From contig DAHWNL010000050.1 in assembly GCA_027339965.1 (NCBI GenBank), positions 1-25,156 on the forward strand: a DNA stretch of 25,156 bases, written 5' to 3'. The notes under the pieces are model-generated. The model was not told the origin of the DNA. It made no database searches and worked only from the letters and a program-made list of their open reading frames with translations. Position numbers and translations under genes: made by a program. Positions 8,751 to 18,277 of this stretch are shown here, in pieces; position 1 is the first letter of the stretch; each line of letters opens with the position of its first letter. The stretch is from Granulicella sp. (GTDB lineage: Bacteria > Acidobacteriota > Terriglobia > Terriglobales > Acidobacteriaceae).

Positions 8751-9697
8751 GGTTCCTCTGGGCGGGAGGAGGTAGGCGCGGCAACCTGCTCCAGGGCAGC
8801 TCGTGACAGGTGGGAACGGTGCTTCTGCAGGCCGCGGATGCCGGTGCACAGCCGATACAAGGCTCCTCCGATCAGCCGCCGGGTGGGGTCATATCCCTCC
8901 GGTGCCAGCATCAGAGAGTTGCTGCGCGCCGCTGAAGTCACGTAGATCTCATCCAGGTCCGGCCCGCCAAAGCACAGCGATGAGATTTGAGCCGCGGGCA
9001 GGTCGATCCGCCGCTCCCGTTTGCCGTCGGGATCGTAGCGGGTGAGGCATCCGCCGAACCAGTGCGCGCACCAGACGAAGCCTTCCGCATCCACCGCCAG
9101 CCCGTCCGGCACTCCCTCTGCCCGGTCGATGCGCGTGAGCACGCGGCGGCGGCCAAGCGCGCCGTCGCTGCGGCGCCAGTCATAAGCGTAGATGCAACGC
9201 GCCACGGTGTCGGCAAAGTACAGCGTGCTCTCGTCGGGAGAAAACGCCAGTCCGTTGGAGAAGCAGATGCCCTCGTCTGCGATATGAACTGAACCGTCGG
9301 TATCGACGCGAAAGAGAAAACTCGGCGCGGAGTGTCCACGCTCGTCCAGATGCCAGGAGCCGGAGTAGACGCGGCCCATGGGATCAGCGGCGCAGTCATT
9401 CATCACGCACTCCTGGCCCTGGGCCTGCGCGGCGAGCAGAAGTGGGTTTGCCCCCGGCTCCCATAGCCAGATGCCATGGTGGTTGGTCACCAGAAATCCG
9501 CCCTCCTGTTGCGGGCAGAAGCCGGCTACCTGGAAGTTGTCGCTCAGGATCTCCCGTCGCTGCTGTCGCCAGTCATAGCGGAAGAAGCGGTGGCCGGTGA
9601 TGTCGGTCCAATAAAGAGCCTGGCCGCGGTCATCCCAGAAGGGCCCTTCCCCGCAGAGGTTGCCGTCGTCGGTAATGATCTCCATATGGCTTTGCAT
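8747..9697 (-). CDS. SMP-30/gluconolactonase/LRE family sugar lactonase
   Basis: [43 protein letters not shown]. Start is ATG 9697 or 9685. Confidence 0.92.
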   Translation of the reverse strand: MQSHMEIITDDGNLCGEGPFWDDRGQALYWTDITGHRFFRYDWRQQRREILSDNFQVAGFCPQQEGGFLVTNHHGIWLWEPGANPLLLAAQAQGQECVMNDCAADPMGRVYSGSWHLDERGHSAPSFLFRVDTDGSVHIADEGICFSNGLAFSPDESTLYFADTVARCIYAYDWRRSDGALGRRRVLTRIDRAEGVPDGLAVDAEGFVWCAHWFGGCLTRYDPDGKRERRIDLPAAQISSLCFGGPDLDEIYVTSAARSNSLMLAPEGYDPTRRLIGGALYRLCTGIRGLQKHRSHLSRAALEQVAAPTSSRPEEP

Positions 9698-9862
9698 GAC
9701 GTAAAGCTTGATTCGCTCCGCGCGCAACGACGTCCCGATTCTATGCTTCGCGCGGCCGGGCCAGCAAGGATACGCGACTCCGCGTGCGCCGCTGGGGTGG
9801 TTGTCCTTGGAGTTGCGTCTCGCGCCGGATCCGACCCAAAGGCGATCCGGTGGTGATCTGCT

Positions 9863-10891
9863 TCAGCGATGAAGTTCGCTACGGATGGCGTCGATCACCA
9901 GCGAGGGTTGATCGAACTGGATGTAATGGCCGCTTTGCATGGCTAGAATCTGTTTGGAGTCGGTGGAGAGCCAAAGATACTGGCGCTGCACAGCAGCCCA
10001 GTTGCTCTCATCAGCAAGGTGTTTTGCGTGCACCTCCGGAGGAGTATTTTCCGTATCGTAGGCGTGATTTTGCGCAGTGAGCACGCGGACGGGCCGATGA
10101 CCGAAGGAGCGCCGGTGGGCTTTTAAAAATTGTTCGTCGGCGGGCATCTCCTGCATCTCCGAGATAACGGCGTTGTACAGCGCAACGCGGGAGTTGGCGA
10201 TGCGCAGCACGGTCGCATTCAACTCCGGCGACCATTCCGGCATGGGCAGGCCGCGGAAGAACTGGTGCGAGCAGGGTATCGGTGGAGCGAAGTTTGCGCC
10301 AGGACCATGCGCCGGCAGCGGGGGCAGCGGCTGATGGTTCGCAATGGCGTCCCGGCAAGCGGCCAGGTTGGCCAGCATCGCGCGAGTCTCCTCCTGGTCG
10401 GCAGCGCTCGAGCCCTGGCCGATGAGGTCGCCGGATTCTCCATCGACCAGCACCAGGCCGTAGACCTCGGGCATGTACAGGTCCGCGAAGGTCCGCGTGG
10501 TGTAACTGCCGAAGGAGTGCCCGACGAGCAGGTATGGGCCAGGAATATGGCCTCGGTGCAAGGCGGCGTGGAGTTCGCGGGCGATCTCCACGCTGGTGCG
10601 CGGCATCGGTCCGGCGCTGCTGAAGCCGCTACCGGCGCGATCGTAGGCGCAGGCCCTGGCGTAGCGCGCGATGCTGGGTTGAATCAGCGCCCAGGCAGGC
10701 GACCAATCCTCCCAGCCGGCGTCGAAGATCACTGTGGGTGAACCCGTTCCCAGGCAGTAGAAGTTCAGGCGCGCGCTGCCGGCGTCGATCCGCCGGCCAG
10801 GATGGGCGTAGAGCGCGTCGCCGGGAGTTGTCGAAGCGGACGCGACGGCGAGCAGGCAGAAGGCGGTCAGGATAGCGGTAATGGATTGGAT
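9863..10891 (-). CDS. Secreted alpha/beta-fold hydrolase; start codon non-canonical or lost (ATC at 10891)
   Basis: YDRAGSGFS, nucleophile elbow GHSFG, SGHYIQFDQP. The frame extends 53 codons upstream of GTG 10732 through LNFYCLGTGSPT and a signal-peptide-like segment. The start position is uncertain. Confidence 0.8.
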   Translation of the reverse strand: MQSITAILTAFCLLAVASASTTPGDALYAHPGRRIDAGSARLNFYCLGTGSPTVIFDAGWEDWSPAWALIQPSIARYARACAYDRAGSGFSSAGPMPRTSVEIARELHAALHRGHIPGPYLLVGHSFGSYTTRTFADLYMPEVYGLVLVDGESGDLIGQGSSAADQEETRAMLANLAACRDAIANHQPLPPLPAHGPGANFAPPIPCSHQFFRGLPMPEWSPELNATVLRIANSRVALYNAVISEMQEMPADEQFLKAHRRSFGHRPVRVLTAQNHAYDTENTPPEVHAKHLADESNWAAVQRQYLWLSTDSKQILAMQSGHYIQFDQPSLVIDAIRSELHR

Positions 10892-11011
10892 GGGTTCCCC
10901 TTTTGCAGCGAGGGCCCGGCCGCGCCGCGCGTGATTTCAACTTCGGCTTAACTCTTATCCGGAATCTCCGTTGCGTGGTCGGAAGCTGTCTCGCTTTTGA
11001 TTCGCGTGGGT

Positions 11012-11890
11012 TCAGAGCTGCCGCGCCTGAAGCCACTTCCGAAAGGCGGGGCCAACCTCATCATGCCGCAGTGCGAAGTCGACAGAGGCCTGCAGGAAGC
11101 CCAGCTTGTCGCCGGCGTCGTAACGCTGACCGGTATATTGGAAGCCAAAGACCTTCTCATGCTGCAGCAGCGCCCGGATGGCGTCGGTGAGCTGTAGCTC
11201 TCCTCCAGCGCCAGGAGTAAGCTGCTCAATCATCGCAAAGATTTGAGGGGTAAGAATGTAGCGTCCGATGATTGCATTCTGGCTGGGCGCCTGCTGCGGG
11301 CTGGGTTTTTCCACCAGGTTGCGCACGGCCAGCAGGCGCGGGTTGGCAGGATGCGGCGCGCAGTCCAGACAGCCGTAGAGAGAGATGGCTTCACCCTCCA
11401 CCACTTCCGTGCCCAGGATTGTAGTCTGGGTCTCGGCAAAGGCCCCGGCCATCTGAGCCAGACAACTCGGCTGGGCGTTCACGATATCGTCGGGCAGAAG
11501 GACGGCGAAGGGTTCGTTGCCCACCAGTTGTTTGGCCATCAAGACGGCGTGGCCAAGTCCAAGGGCCTCGGGCTGGCGAACGTAGCTGATGTTGGCCAAG
11601 GTGGCGATGGAGCGCACCAACTCCAACAGATGGCTCTTGCCGCGGGCTTGCAGTGCCGCTTCGAGTTCGGGTGAACGATCGAAGTGGTCCTCCATGGTGG
11701 TTTTGCCGCGCCCGGTTACGATGATGATATCGGTGCAGCCGGCTGCTACCGCCTCTTCCACTCCATACTGGATGAGAGGCTTGTCAACCAGCGGCAGCAT
11801 CTCCTTGGGCGTAGCCTTGGAGGCAGGAAGGAACCTGGTCCCGAATCCTGCCGCCGGGATCACTGCTTTACGAATCTTCTGCGGAGTCAT
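11012..11890 (-). CDS. galU: UTP--glucose-1-phosphate uridylyltransferase, 292 aa
   Basis: KAVIPAAGFGTRFLPASKATPKEMLPLVDKP, GLGHAV, LLPDD, VEKP, GELQLTDAI. Confidence 0.96.
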   Translation of the reverse strand: MTPQKIRKAVIPAAGFGTRFLPASKATPKEMLPLVDKPLIQYGVEEAVAAGCTDIIIVTGRGKTTMEDHFDRSPELEAALQARGKSHLLELVRSIATLANISYVRQPEALGLGHAVLMAKQLVGNEPFAVLLPDDIVNAQPSCLAQMAGAFAETQTTILGTEVVEGEAISLYGCLDCAPHPANPRLLAVRNLVEKPSPQQAPSQNAIIGRYILTPQIFAMIEQLTPGAGGELQLTDAIRALLQHEKVFGFQYTGQRYDAGDKLGFLQASVDFALRHDEVGPAFRKWLQARQL

Positions 11891-12070
11891 GAAAGGTAGA
11901 GGTCTCTCTCCATGTTGTATCTTTTCGCTACCTTGCGGTCGAGAGGGTTGTCCTGAACGCCCAGGCGACGAACTCACAAATACAGACTAGAAGAAACGGA
12001 GGACCGCTGGATATCCCCCCAGGAGATGGCCAACCGATTCTGTCAGTTTGCAGGGCTTCCTGCAAGAGAA

Positions 12071-13186
12071 ATGCTCATGAAGACGATTTTAGATGGCGAG
12101 GCGAACGATCCGGACGCTAGAGACGCAAGAAGAAGCGCCTTGGGACGTGATTCGGAGGGGGAGAGATCTTCTGCTGGGGAGGTGAAGCTCGGCTTGGGGG
12201 AAGCAGCAGTGGTTGCTGGGCTGGGCTTTGGCTGTGCCGCTCTAATGGGGCGGGTGGGCCGCAAAGAGTCGCTGGCCGCGCTGGGAGCTGCCTATGAGGC
12301 GGGAATCCGGTTCTTCGACAGCGCGCGATCCTATGGTTATGGCGAGGCGGAGGCCCTGCTGGGGGAGTTTCTGCGCGGCCGCCGCTCCGGGGTTGTCATC
12401 TCCACCAAATTCGGTGTCTTACCCGCTGCCGCTGGGCCTATGTCTGCCGCGCGTAGACTGAAGCCGCTGGTGCGCGGCCTCCTGCACGTGGCTCCGGGAG
12501 CACGGCGCTGGCTGCAAGGGCCGCTGGCTGCGCAGCGCTCTTCCGGCCACTTCAGCGTTGCGGATCTGCATGCCAGCCTGGAAGCGAGTCTGCGCGCTCT
12601 CCGGACCGATTATGTTGACGTTCTCTCTCTGCATGAACCGCCCCCGAGCGTGCTGGAGCGCGGGGAACTCTTCGCGGCGCTCCAGGATCTGGTGGCTGCC
12701 GGAAAGGTGCGTTGGGTGGGAGTTGCGGCGGAGCCTGAGGTGATCGAGAGTGCGTTAGCGGCCAGACCCGCCGGCCTGCGCTATCTCCAGTTTCCCTGCA
12801 ACCTTTTCAACCTGGGTCTGGGGCAGCGGTTGGTCGGCCGGGCCGGGGGGGATTTCATCGCGATCGCCAACCACCCGTTCGGCGGTCCCGCGGGAGTTGC
12901 CGGGGGCAAGAGGCTCTTAAGTTTGCTCTCGGTCGCGCCGGCGACTCCCGCAGGGCTGCGAGAGAAGCTGCGGCCCGCCGATGATGCCGTGCTGGCGGAT
13001 GTGGTGCTGAACCTTGTGACCGGCGGCTTAGGCGTTCCGACGGTTGTTGCTTCCATGCTGCACATGGAGCATCTGCGCGCCAATCTCGCCGCGCTGCGGA
13101 ACAGCCGCTTCGACTCCAAGGAACTGAGCTGGATTCTGGAAGCGATCCTGTCGACTAAAGCTGCGGCCAGGACGCCCGGAAGCTGA
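12071..13186 (+). CDS. Aldo/keto reductase
   Basis: GLGFGC, FFDSARSYGYGEAEALLG, STKFG, SLRALRTDYVDVLSLH give the D-Y-K-H tetrad. Start is uncertain (12026, 12071 or 12077). Confidence 0.85.
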   Translation: MLMKTILDGEANDPDARDARRSALGRDSEGERSSAGEVKLGLGEAAVVAGLGFGCAALMGRVGRKESLAALGAAYEAGIRFFDSARSYGYGEAEALLGEFLRGRRSGVVISTKFGVLPAAAGPMSAARRLKPLVRGLLHVAPGARRWLQGPLAAQRSSGHFSVADLHASLEASLRALRTDYVDVLSLHEPPPSVLERGELFAALQDLVAAGKVRWVGVAAEPEVIESALAARPAGLRYLQFPCNLFNLGLGQRLVGRAGGDFIAIANHPFGGPAGVAGGKRLLSLLSVAPATPAGLREKLRPADDAVLADVVLNLVTGGLGVPTVVASMLHMEHLRANLAALRNSRFDSKELSWILEAILSTKAAARTPGS

Positions 13187-13234
13187 GAAAGCGTTGGATG
13201 GGGAACTCCGAAGCAGGCAGTGCTCTGTGCGGTA

Positions 13235-13286
13235 TTCTTTGCGTGCATAGTTTTTTGCGTGCGCACGGTTCTTTGCGTACACGGAG
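13235..13286. repeat. Three degenerate direct repeats TT(C/T)TTTGCGT(G/A)C
   Basis: Copies start at 13235, 13251 and 13269 in a convergent intergenic region. Confidence 0.6.
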
Positions 13287-13411
13287 AAGCCCCGGAGCAG
13301 GAATTCAAACGGGAGTTCCGCGGCTGAGGCGTATGAGGCGGCTGAGACTTTTGAGGGGGAGAGGGGCTCGGCCTGCAGGGTGATCGCAGAGAAGCCCCAA
13401 AGCCGGCTTGG

Positions 13412-15196
13412 TCACAAGACGGGGCTGTTGTTGCGCAGCATGGCCTGGCGGATGATCTTGATGGGTGCAAAGCCCTGCCGCACGAAGTCGTCGTGGAACG
13501 TTTGCAGATTGAACGCCGCGCCCTCTTTTTTCTGCACATCGGCGCGCAGCTTCATGATCTCCAGCTTGCCCAGGGTGTAGTAGAGATAGAGAGCGTCGGA
13601 GGAGCCACGCTTGGTCTCTACCTCCGCGATGGGTTGCGACTGATATCCCTGCTCAACGAAAAATTGCTCGGCCTGCGGAATCGTGAGCCATCCGCCCACG
13701 CCGGTATGCATACGGATGGCGACGACGAAGCGGGCATCGCGCAGGAGCGCATCCTGCAACTGGCCCAGTCGAATCAGCTTTGCCTGGCGTGCGTCGGCTG
13801 CGCCCGTGCCGGGCTGGCCGTAGCCCTCATCGAGCATCATCTGTTCGCAGTAATGCGCCCAGCCTTCAATGTTAGTGTTGGCTCCCAGAATCTTGCGGAT
13901 GGTGGAGGGAAACTGCGACTGCCAGAGGAACTGCACATAATGGCCGGGGTAGGCTTCATGCACGCTGGTGGAGACGATGGTGCCGATGTTGAAGGCGGCC
14001 ATGTACTCGGCGGTCTGCTGCGGGCTCCAACTGGGCTCCGGCAGCGTGACGTTGAAGTACGCCTTGTTGGAGTTCACCTCAAAGGGGCCGGGAGGGTCCA
14101 TGGATGCCTGGGTGGTCGCCCGCATGAAGGGCGGAGTCTCCTCCAGCACCGGCTGGACATCGCTGGGCAGAGTAATGATGTGGTGGGAGCGGATGAAGCC
14201 AATCTCGGAGTCGAAACGGTCGTGAAAGGCTTGCAAGAGCTTGTCCGGGGCCGGATGCATCGTCGCCAGCTCGGCGAGCTCTTGCTGCGGCGTCTTGTTG
14301 GGATCGATCTCCCGGGCGACACGAGCAAACTCCACTTGATTCTTGTGCAGGTCCGCATAAGCGATCCGCAGCAGACGCGGCAGCGGGATGTCCACCATCT
14401 CGTTGTACTCCAGCGCCTTGGAGAAGGTGTCCGCACCCCAGCGGAAGTCGCCATGGGAGCGGGGCAACAGATCAGTCTTCATCCACTGGGCGTAGCTTTG
14501 TAAAGCCTCAATGACGGCTGCGTTGCTGCTGACGAAGGCGGCATAGCCGTCTTTGTTAGCCGGATTGTTGGCCGCGGCAAAGGCGGTGGGAACATCATGC
14601 TGAAAGAAGCTGATATCACCACCGATCTGTTGGATGGCGATCTGGGTATAGATCTGAGGCGGGTCTTTCAGGTTCTGCCGGGCGGAAGCCAGCGCCTGGG
14701 GAATCTGGCGCTCGCGGGCGATCACCGCTTGCAGGCGCACATCCAGCGGAGCATAGGGACGCTCCATGATGACGAAGATGGCGTTGGTGACGCCGCTGGA
14801 GTACTGATCCGGATTTTTCTCCCAGCCGCGCACCACCTGGAGGCTCAGCAGTTGTCCGCGGATGTTGTTGAGCAGAATCTGATAGTCCGCGCGCGGTTCC
14901 GCATCGAGAGAGCTCGGATCGAGCGCCTCCAGCTTCTTTTCAAACGCCTGCAGCGCTGCCACCTGACGTTCCATGCTGGCGGCCGAGTAGTCCTCCAGTT
15001 GAGAGTCGTATTGGTGCAGGCCCGCGCTGGTGCCGGCGGTGGGCGAGAACTTGAAGTAGATGTCCTGAAAGTACTGGTTGCTGAGATAGGAAAACGTCTG
15101 ATCGCCACCGTCAACCGAGACGCGCTGAGCCTGCATCGAAGGAAGCATGGGCAGAGTAAACAGAAGGGGAACGGCACGCAAGCGACGGAAATTCAT
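13412..15196 (-). CDS. DUF885 family secreted protein (putative metallopeptidase-like), 594 aa
   Basis: HEAYPGH, EGWAHYCEQMM, YYTLGKLEIMKLR, FHD. A signal-peptide-like MNFRRLRAVPLLF..MQAQ starts at ATG 15196; the alternative ATG 15286 overlaps the helicase stop. Confidence 0.9.
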   Translation of the reverse strand: MNFRRLRAVPLLFTLPMLPSMQAQRVSVDGGDQTFSYLSNQYFQDIYFKFSPTAGTSAGLHQYDSQLEDYSAASMERQVAALQAFEKKLEALDPSSLDAEPRADYQILLNNIRGQLLSLQVVRGWEKNPDQYSSGVTNAIFVIMERPYAPLDVRLQAVIARERQIPQALASARQNLKDPPQIYTQIAIQQIGGDISFFQHDVPTAFAAANNPANKDGYAAFVSSNAAVIEALQSYAQWMKTDLLPRSHGDFRWGADTFSKALEYNEMVDIPLPRLLRIAYADLHKNQVEFARVAREIDPNKTPQQELAELATMHPAPDKLLQAFHDRFDSEIGFIRSHHIITLPSDVQPVLEETPPFMRATTQASMDPPGPFEVNSNKAYFNVTLPEPSWSPQQTAEYMAAFNIGTIVSTSVHEAYPGHYVQFLWQSQFPSTIRKILGANTNIEGWAHYCEQMMLDEGYGQPGTGAADARQAKLIRLGQLQDALLRDARFVVAIRMHTGVGGWLTIPQAEQFFVEQGYQSQPIAEVETKRGSSDALYLYYTLGKLEIMKLRADVQKKEGAAFNLQTFHDDFVRQGFAPIKIIRQAMLRNNSPVL

Positions 15197-15205
15197 GATG
15201 GGCAA

Positions 15206-15214
15206 AGCGTAGCA
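15206..15214 (-). promoter_or_regulatory. Putative extended -10 promoter (TGcTACGCT) for the DUF885 gene
   Basis: TGn-TAnnnT 9 nt upstream of ATG 15196, with no SD in between. Confidence 0.4.
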
Positions 15215-15282
15215 CAACTTGCAACGGGTGATCGCAGAGGAAGTGGAAGGCCATGCCTCTGCGGGCCCGTTGCGAAGCCTGA

Positions 15283-16782
15283 TCACCGGCCGGAGCGGCG
15301 TCGCCGGGAGGAGCGTCCGGAGCTACTCTGGCCAGGCAGGGAACGTTTGGTGCGCGCGCCTTGCGTCGCTTTGCCGGAGCCGTTGCCGCGCGCTGCGCTG
15401 CGCTGGAGTTTGCCGCTGGAACGTCCAGTCTGATGGGAGGCGGCCTCCGGGGCGTTATCCCCGGAGCTCCTCCAACTGCGGGTCTCCATCTGCAACAACT
15501 CGTTGAGGCCTTGAACGTTCTGGCTGATGTCAATGGGCTGGTTGCGCGCTTCCTTGGCCAGATTCTTGTCCGCCTCCGACCAGGCAAATTTGATCTTCAG
15601 CTCCCGCTCCAGCTTCAGGGCATCGCTCTTCTCCAGTGGGGTGACAAAGGTGGTGGCGACGCCCCGGGCCCCGGCGCGGCCAGTGCGGCCGATGCGGTGC
15701 ACGAAGTCGTCGCTACCGTTGGGCAGGTCATAGTTCACGACGTGGGCGATGTGGGAGATGTCAATGCCGCGTGCTGCGACATCCGTGGCGACCAGAATGC
15801 GGCTGCGGCCGGCGGCGAAGTTCTTGAGGGCGGCGGTGCGTTGCGACTGGGAGCGGTCGCCGTGGATGATCTCCACCTGGTGGCCGAGCTTCTCCAGTTT
15901 GCGCCCGATGCGATCGGTGCCGTGCTTGGTGCGCGAGAAGACCAGATAGGTGCCCGCTTCATCGTGCAGCATCTTGTCAAGCTGAGCCAGCTTCTGATCC
16001 TGCATGACGGTGTAGACGCGAAGCTCAACCTGGTCAGAAGGCCGGGAGGTAGAGCCGATCTCCACTCGCACCGGATCCTGCACGTAGTCCTTAACAATCT
16101 CCCGAATGCTGGCGTCCAGCGTGGCGGAGTAACACATGGTCTGGCGATCGCGAGGCAGGGCGCTGACGATGCGCCGGATGGAAGGCAGGAAGCCCATGTC
16201 CAGCATGCGGTCGACCTCGTCGAGCACCAGCATGTCCACATCCCGCAGGCTGACGGCCTTGCGGCGAAGATAGTCCTCCAGGCGTCCGGGGGTGGCGACC
16301 AGCAGGCGTGGGCCGCGGCTGATCTGTTCGAGCTGGGTGTTCTCTGAGAGCCCTCCGCAAACCAGCACAGCGTCGGATTTATGCGAAGGGCAGATCGTGT
16401 AGAACTGATCAAGCACCTGCATGGCGAGCTCTCGGGTGGGAAGAAGGATCAGCGCCAGCACGGGAGTCTTGTTGCCCCGCGTGCTGGGTGTGGAGATCTC
16501 CTCGAGGCGCTCAATCATGGGAACCAGAAAACTGAGCGTTTTGCCGGTGCCGGTGGAGGCGGTGGCCAGGATGTCTTCGCCCTCCAGCGCGGGCGGAATG
16601 GCTCCCGCCTGCACGGGTGTGGGGTGGAGGAATCCGGCGGCGGTCAGGCGAGCTTTGAGGGAGGCGGAGATGTCGAAGCTGGTAAAGCTGAGGGCGGAGG
16701 CTTCTTCCAGTGTGGTTGCGATGTGACGTGAAACCTGGAGAGGTTCCGGGTTCAGAATGGACTCAAGAGTGAGAGTAGACAA
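15283..16782 (-). CDS. DEAD-box ATP-dependent RNA helicase (RhlE-like), 499 aa
   Basis: Q motif PTPVQ, TGTGKT, PTRELA, TPGRL, DEVD, SAT, HGD, ATDVAARGID, HRIGRTGRAG and a basic disordered tail. TTG start with AAAGGA upstream. Confidence 0.95.
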   Translation of the reverse strand: MSTLTLESILNPEPLQVSRHIATTLEEASALSFTSFDISASLKARLTAAGFLHPTPVQAGAIPPALEGEDILATASTGTGKTLSFLVPMIERLEEISTPSTRGNKTPVLALILLPTRELAMQVLDQFYTICPSHKSDAVLVCGGLSENTQLEQISRGPRLLVATPGRLEDYLRRKAVSLRDVDMLVLDEVDRMLDMGFLPSIRRIVSALPRDRQTMCYSATLDASIREIVKDYVQDPVRVEIGSTSRPSDQVELRVYTVMQDQKLAQLDKMLHDEAGTYLVFSRTKHGTDRIGRKLEKLGHQVEIIHGDRSQSQRTAALKNFAAGRSRILVATDVAARGIDISHIAHVVNYDLPNGSDDFVHRIGRTGRAGARGVATTFVTPLEKSDALKLERELKIKFAWSEADKNLAKEARNQPIDISQNVQGLNELLQMETRSWRSSGDNAPEAASHQTGRSSGKLQRSAARGNGSGKATQGARTKRSLPGQSSSGRSSRRRRSGR

Positions 16783-17136
16783 GATGTTCCTTTGGGATCG
16801 GTGAAGGGAGATGGAATGCAGAGGCGTAAACCGCAGGCAAGGGCATCGATGGCTGCTTGCGAACAGCTACGTGGATTCATCGATCAGCACTGCTTGCGGT
16901 CTGGTAAGCCAGAAACCTTCATGATGCCCTGGGGCACGGAAAGCACTGCTGCTGCACGGCGAGGCGAGATCCTGTAATCCAACGGATCGGCCTGCTAGCC
17001 AGAGCAACCAACGCTTGAAAAAACGGTGGCGGAGAACTACGGCGGTCGCGGTCTCTGGCCAGACTATTGTCAAGAATCCCCTTCGGGGGAGTCGTCTGCC
17101 CGCGGCGCTAAGCGCAGATTTCTCTACGCTGCCACC

Positions 17137-17145
17137 AATATACCA
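17137..17145 (-). promoter_or_regulatory. Putative extended -10 promoter (TGgTATATT) upstream of the helicase
   Basis: Near-consensus TGnTATAAT match in the rluB-helicase gap, oriented toward the helicase. Confidence 0.45.
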
Positions 17146-17201
17146 TCTCTTGGCTGTCTTGTTTTGACTTGCGGAACGACCTCCCAAGGCGAGCGCCCGG
17201 G

Positions 17202-17231
17202 AAGCGGCGGGGCGGATTCGCTCCGCCGCTT
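17202..17231 (-). terminator. GC-rich hairpin at the rluB stop (possible terminator or 3' stabiliser)
   Basis: 13-bp stem with 1 mismatch, AAGCGGCGGAGCG-aatc-CGCCCCGCCGCTT. The U-tract is weak. Confidence 0.35.
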
Positions 17232-18210
17232 ATGCGGAGCGGCCGCCTTTTGCGCCTGGCCTGCCGGTTCTGTTCAAGGGCTGACGCTGGGCTTTGTGCA
17301 CGGGCCGGTGTTTGGGAGGGACGGGCTTTTTGAGCTGCGCGGCCTCGGGCAGGGTCTTGCGCCGTTCGACCTTCAGGCCCGCAGCGGCCCGGTGCAGGGC
17401 CAGAACCTCACCCGGGGTGAGTTCGCGGAAGCTTCCTGGAGGTACGTCGAGGGTGAGCGCGCCATAGCCGATGCGGCGGATCTTCTCGACATGATGTCCG
17501 ATCTCCTCAAACATCTTGCGCAGTTGGCGGTTACGGCCCTCGGTCAGGGTCACTTCAAACCATGGGTTGTCGCCTTCGCGAACCTGCTCCACTTTGGCGG
17601 GCTGGGTGAGGACGCGGTCGCGGCGGCCGGAGCTTTGAGTGTCGGCAAGCCGGCCACGGTCGATCATGATGCCGCGGCGGAGTTGATCGATGCTCTCATC
17701 GCTGGGGGCGCCGGAGACCTTAACCAGATAGGTCTTGGCGACGCCGCTGGCGGCCTTGGAGAGCTTGTTGGCCAGGTCGCCGTCGTTGGTCATGAGCAGC
17801 AGACCCTCGGAGAGGTAGTCAAGGCGGCCAACCGGGTAGAGGCGCGGGAGCCGGGAGTGCTCTCCGACCACCTTTTTTTGAGCCGCCTGGCCAAGAAGTT
17901 CGCTGACAGTGGGGCGGTGTTCGGGGTCATCCAGTGTGGTCACGTAACCACGGGGCTTGTTCACCATGAAGTAGCGGGTGGGCTCCGGGCCGTGCAGGCG
18001 CTTCCCGTCCACCCGGATGTGGTCGCGGGAGATGTCGGCGCGGGAGCCGAGTTCGGCGACGGTCTGGCCGTTGACCTGAACGCGGCCCTGGAGGATCATC
18101 TGCTCGGCGGCGCGGCGGCTGGCGATTCCCGCGTGGGCGAGAATCTTCTGCAGCCGCTCGCCTGCCAGGGGTCTGTCTTCGCCTGTGTTGGATTCAGGGT
18201 GCTTGCTCAT
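17230..18210 (-). CDS. rluB: rRNA pseudouridine synthase, RluB/RsuA family, 326 aa
   Basis: S4 domain ERLQKILAHAGIASRRAAE, NKPRG, catalytic VGRLDYLSEGLLLMTNDG, EGRNRQLRKMF. Lies downstream of scpAB. Confidence 0.88.
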   Translation of the reverse strand: MSKHPESNTGEDRPLAGERLQKILAHAGIASRRAAEQMILQGRVQVNGQTVAELGSRADISRDHIRVDGKRLHGPEPTRYFMVNKPRGYVTTLDDPEHRPTVSELLGQAAQKKVVGEHSRLPRLYPVGRLDYLSEGLLLMTNDGDLANKLSKAASGVAKTYLVKVSGAPSDESIDQLRRGIMIDRGRLADTQSSGRRDRVLTQPAKVEQVREGDNPWFEVTLTEGRNRQLRKMFEEIGHHVEKIRRIGYGALTLDVPPGSFRELTPGEVLALHRAAAGLKVERRKTLPEAAQLKKPVPPKHRPVHKAQRQPLNRTGRPGAKGGRSA

Positions 18211-18277
18211 GACGGGAACTTTCTGACTGCGGATCAGCTCATCGCGGTCGGTGGAAGCTGGAAGTTGAAAAGGCCGT

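Noticed and set aside
10629..11036. Frameshifted N-terminus for the alpha/beta hydrolase
   Set aside because: The missing N-terminal region is in the same frame as the main ORF. The problem is the start codon, not a frameshift.
16210..16221. DEVD instead of DEAD in helicase motif II
   Set aside because: It fits DExD, which tolerates variation at the third position, and all other motifs are intact.
17067..17072. Perfect TTGACA on the minus strand (another lies inside element copy A)
   Set aside because: Neither has a -10-like hexamer at 16-18 nt spacing.
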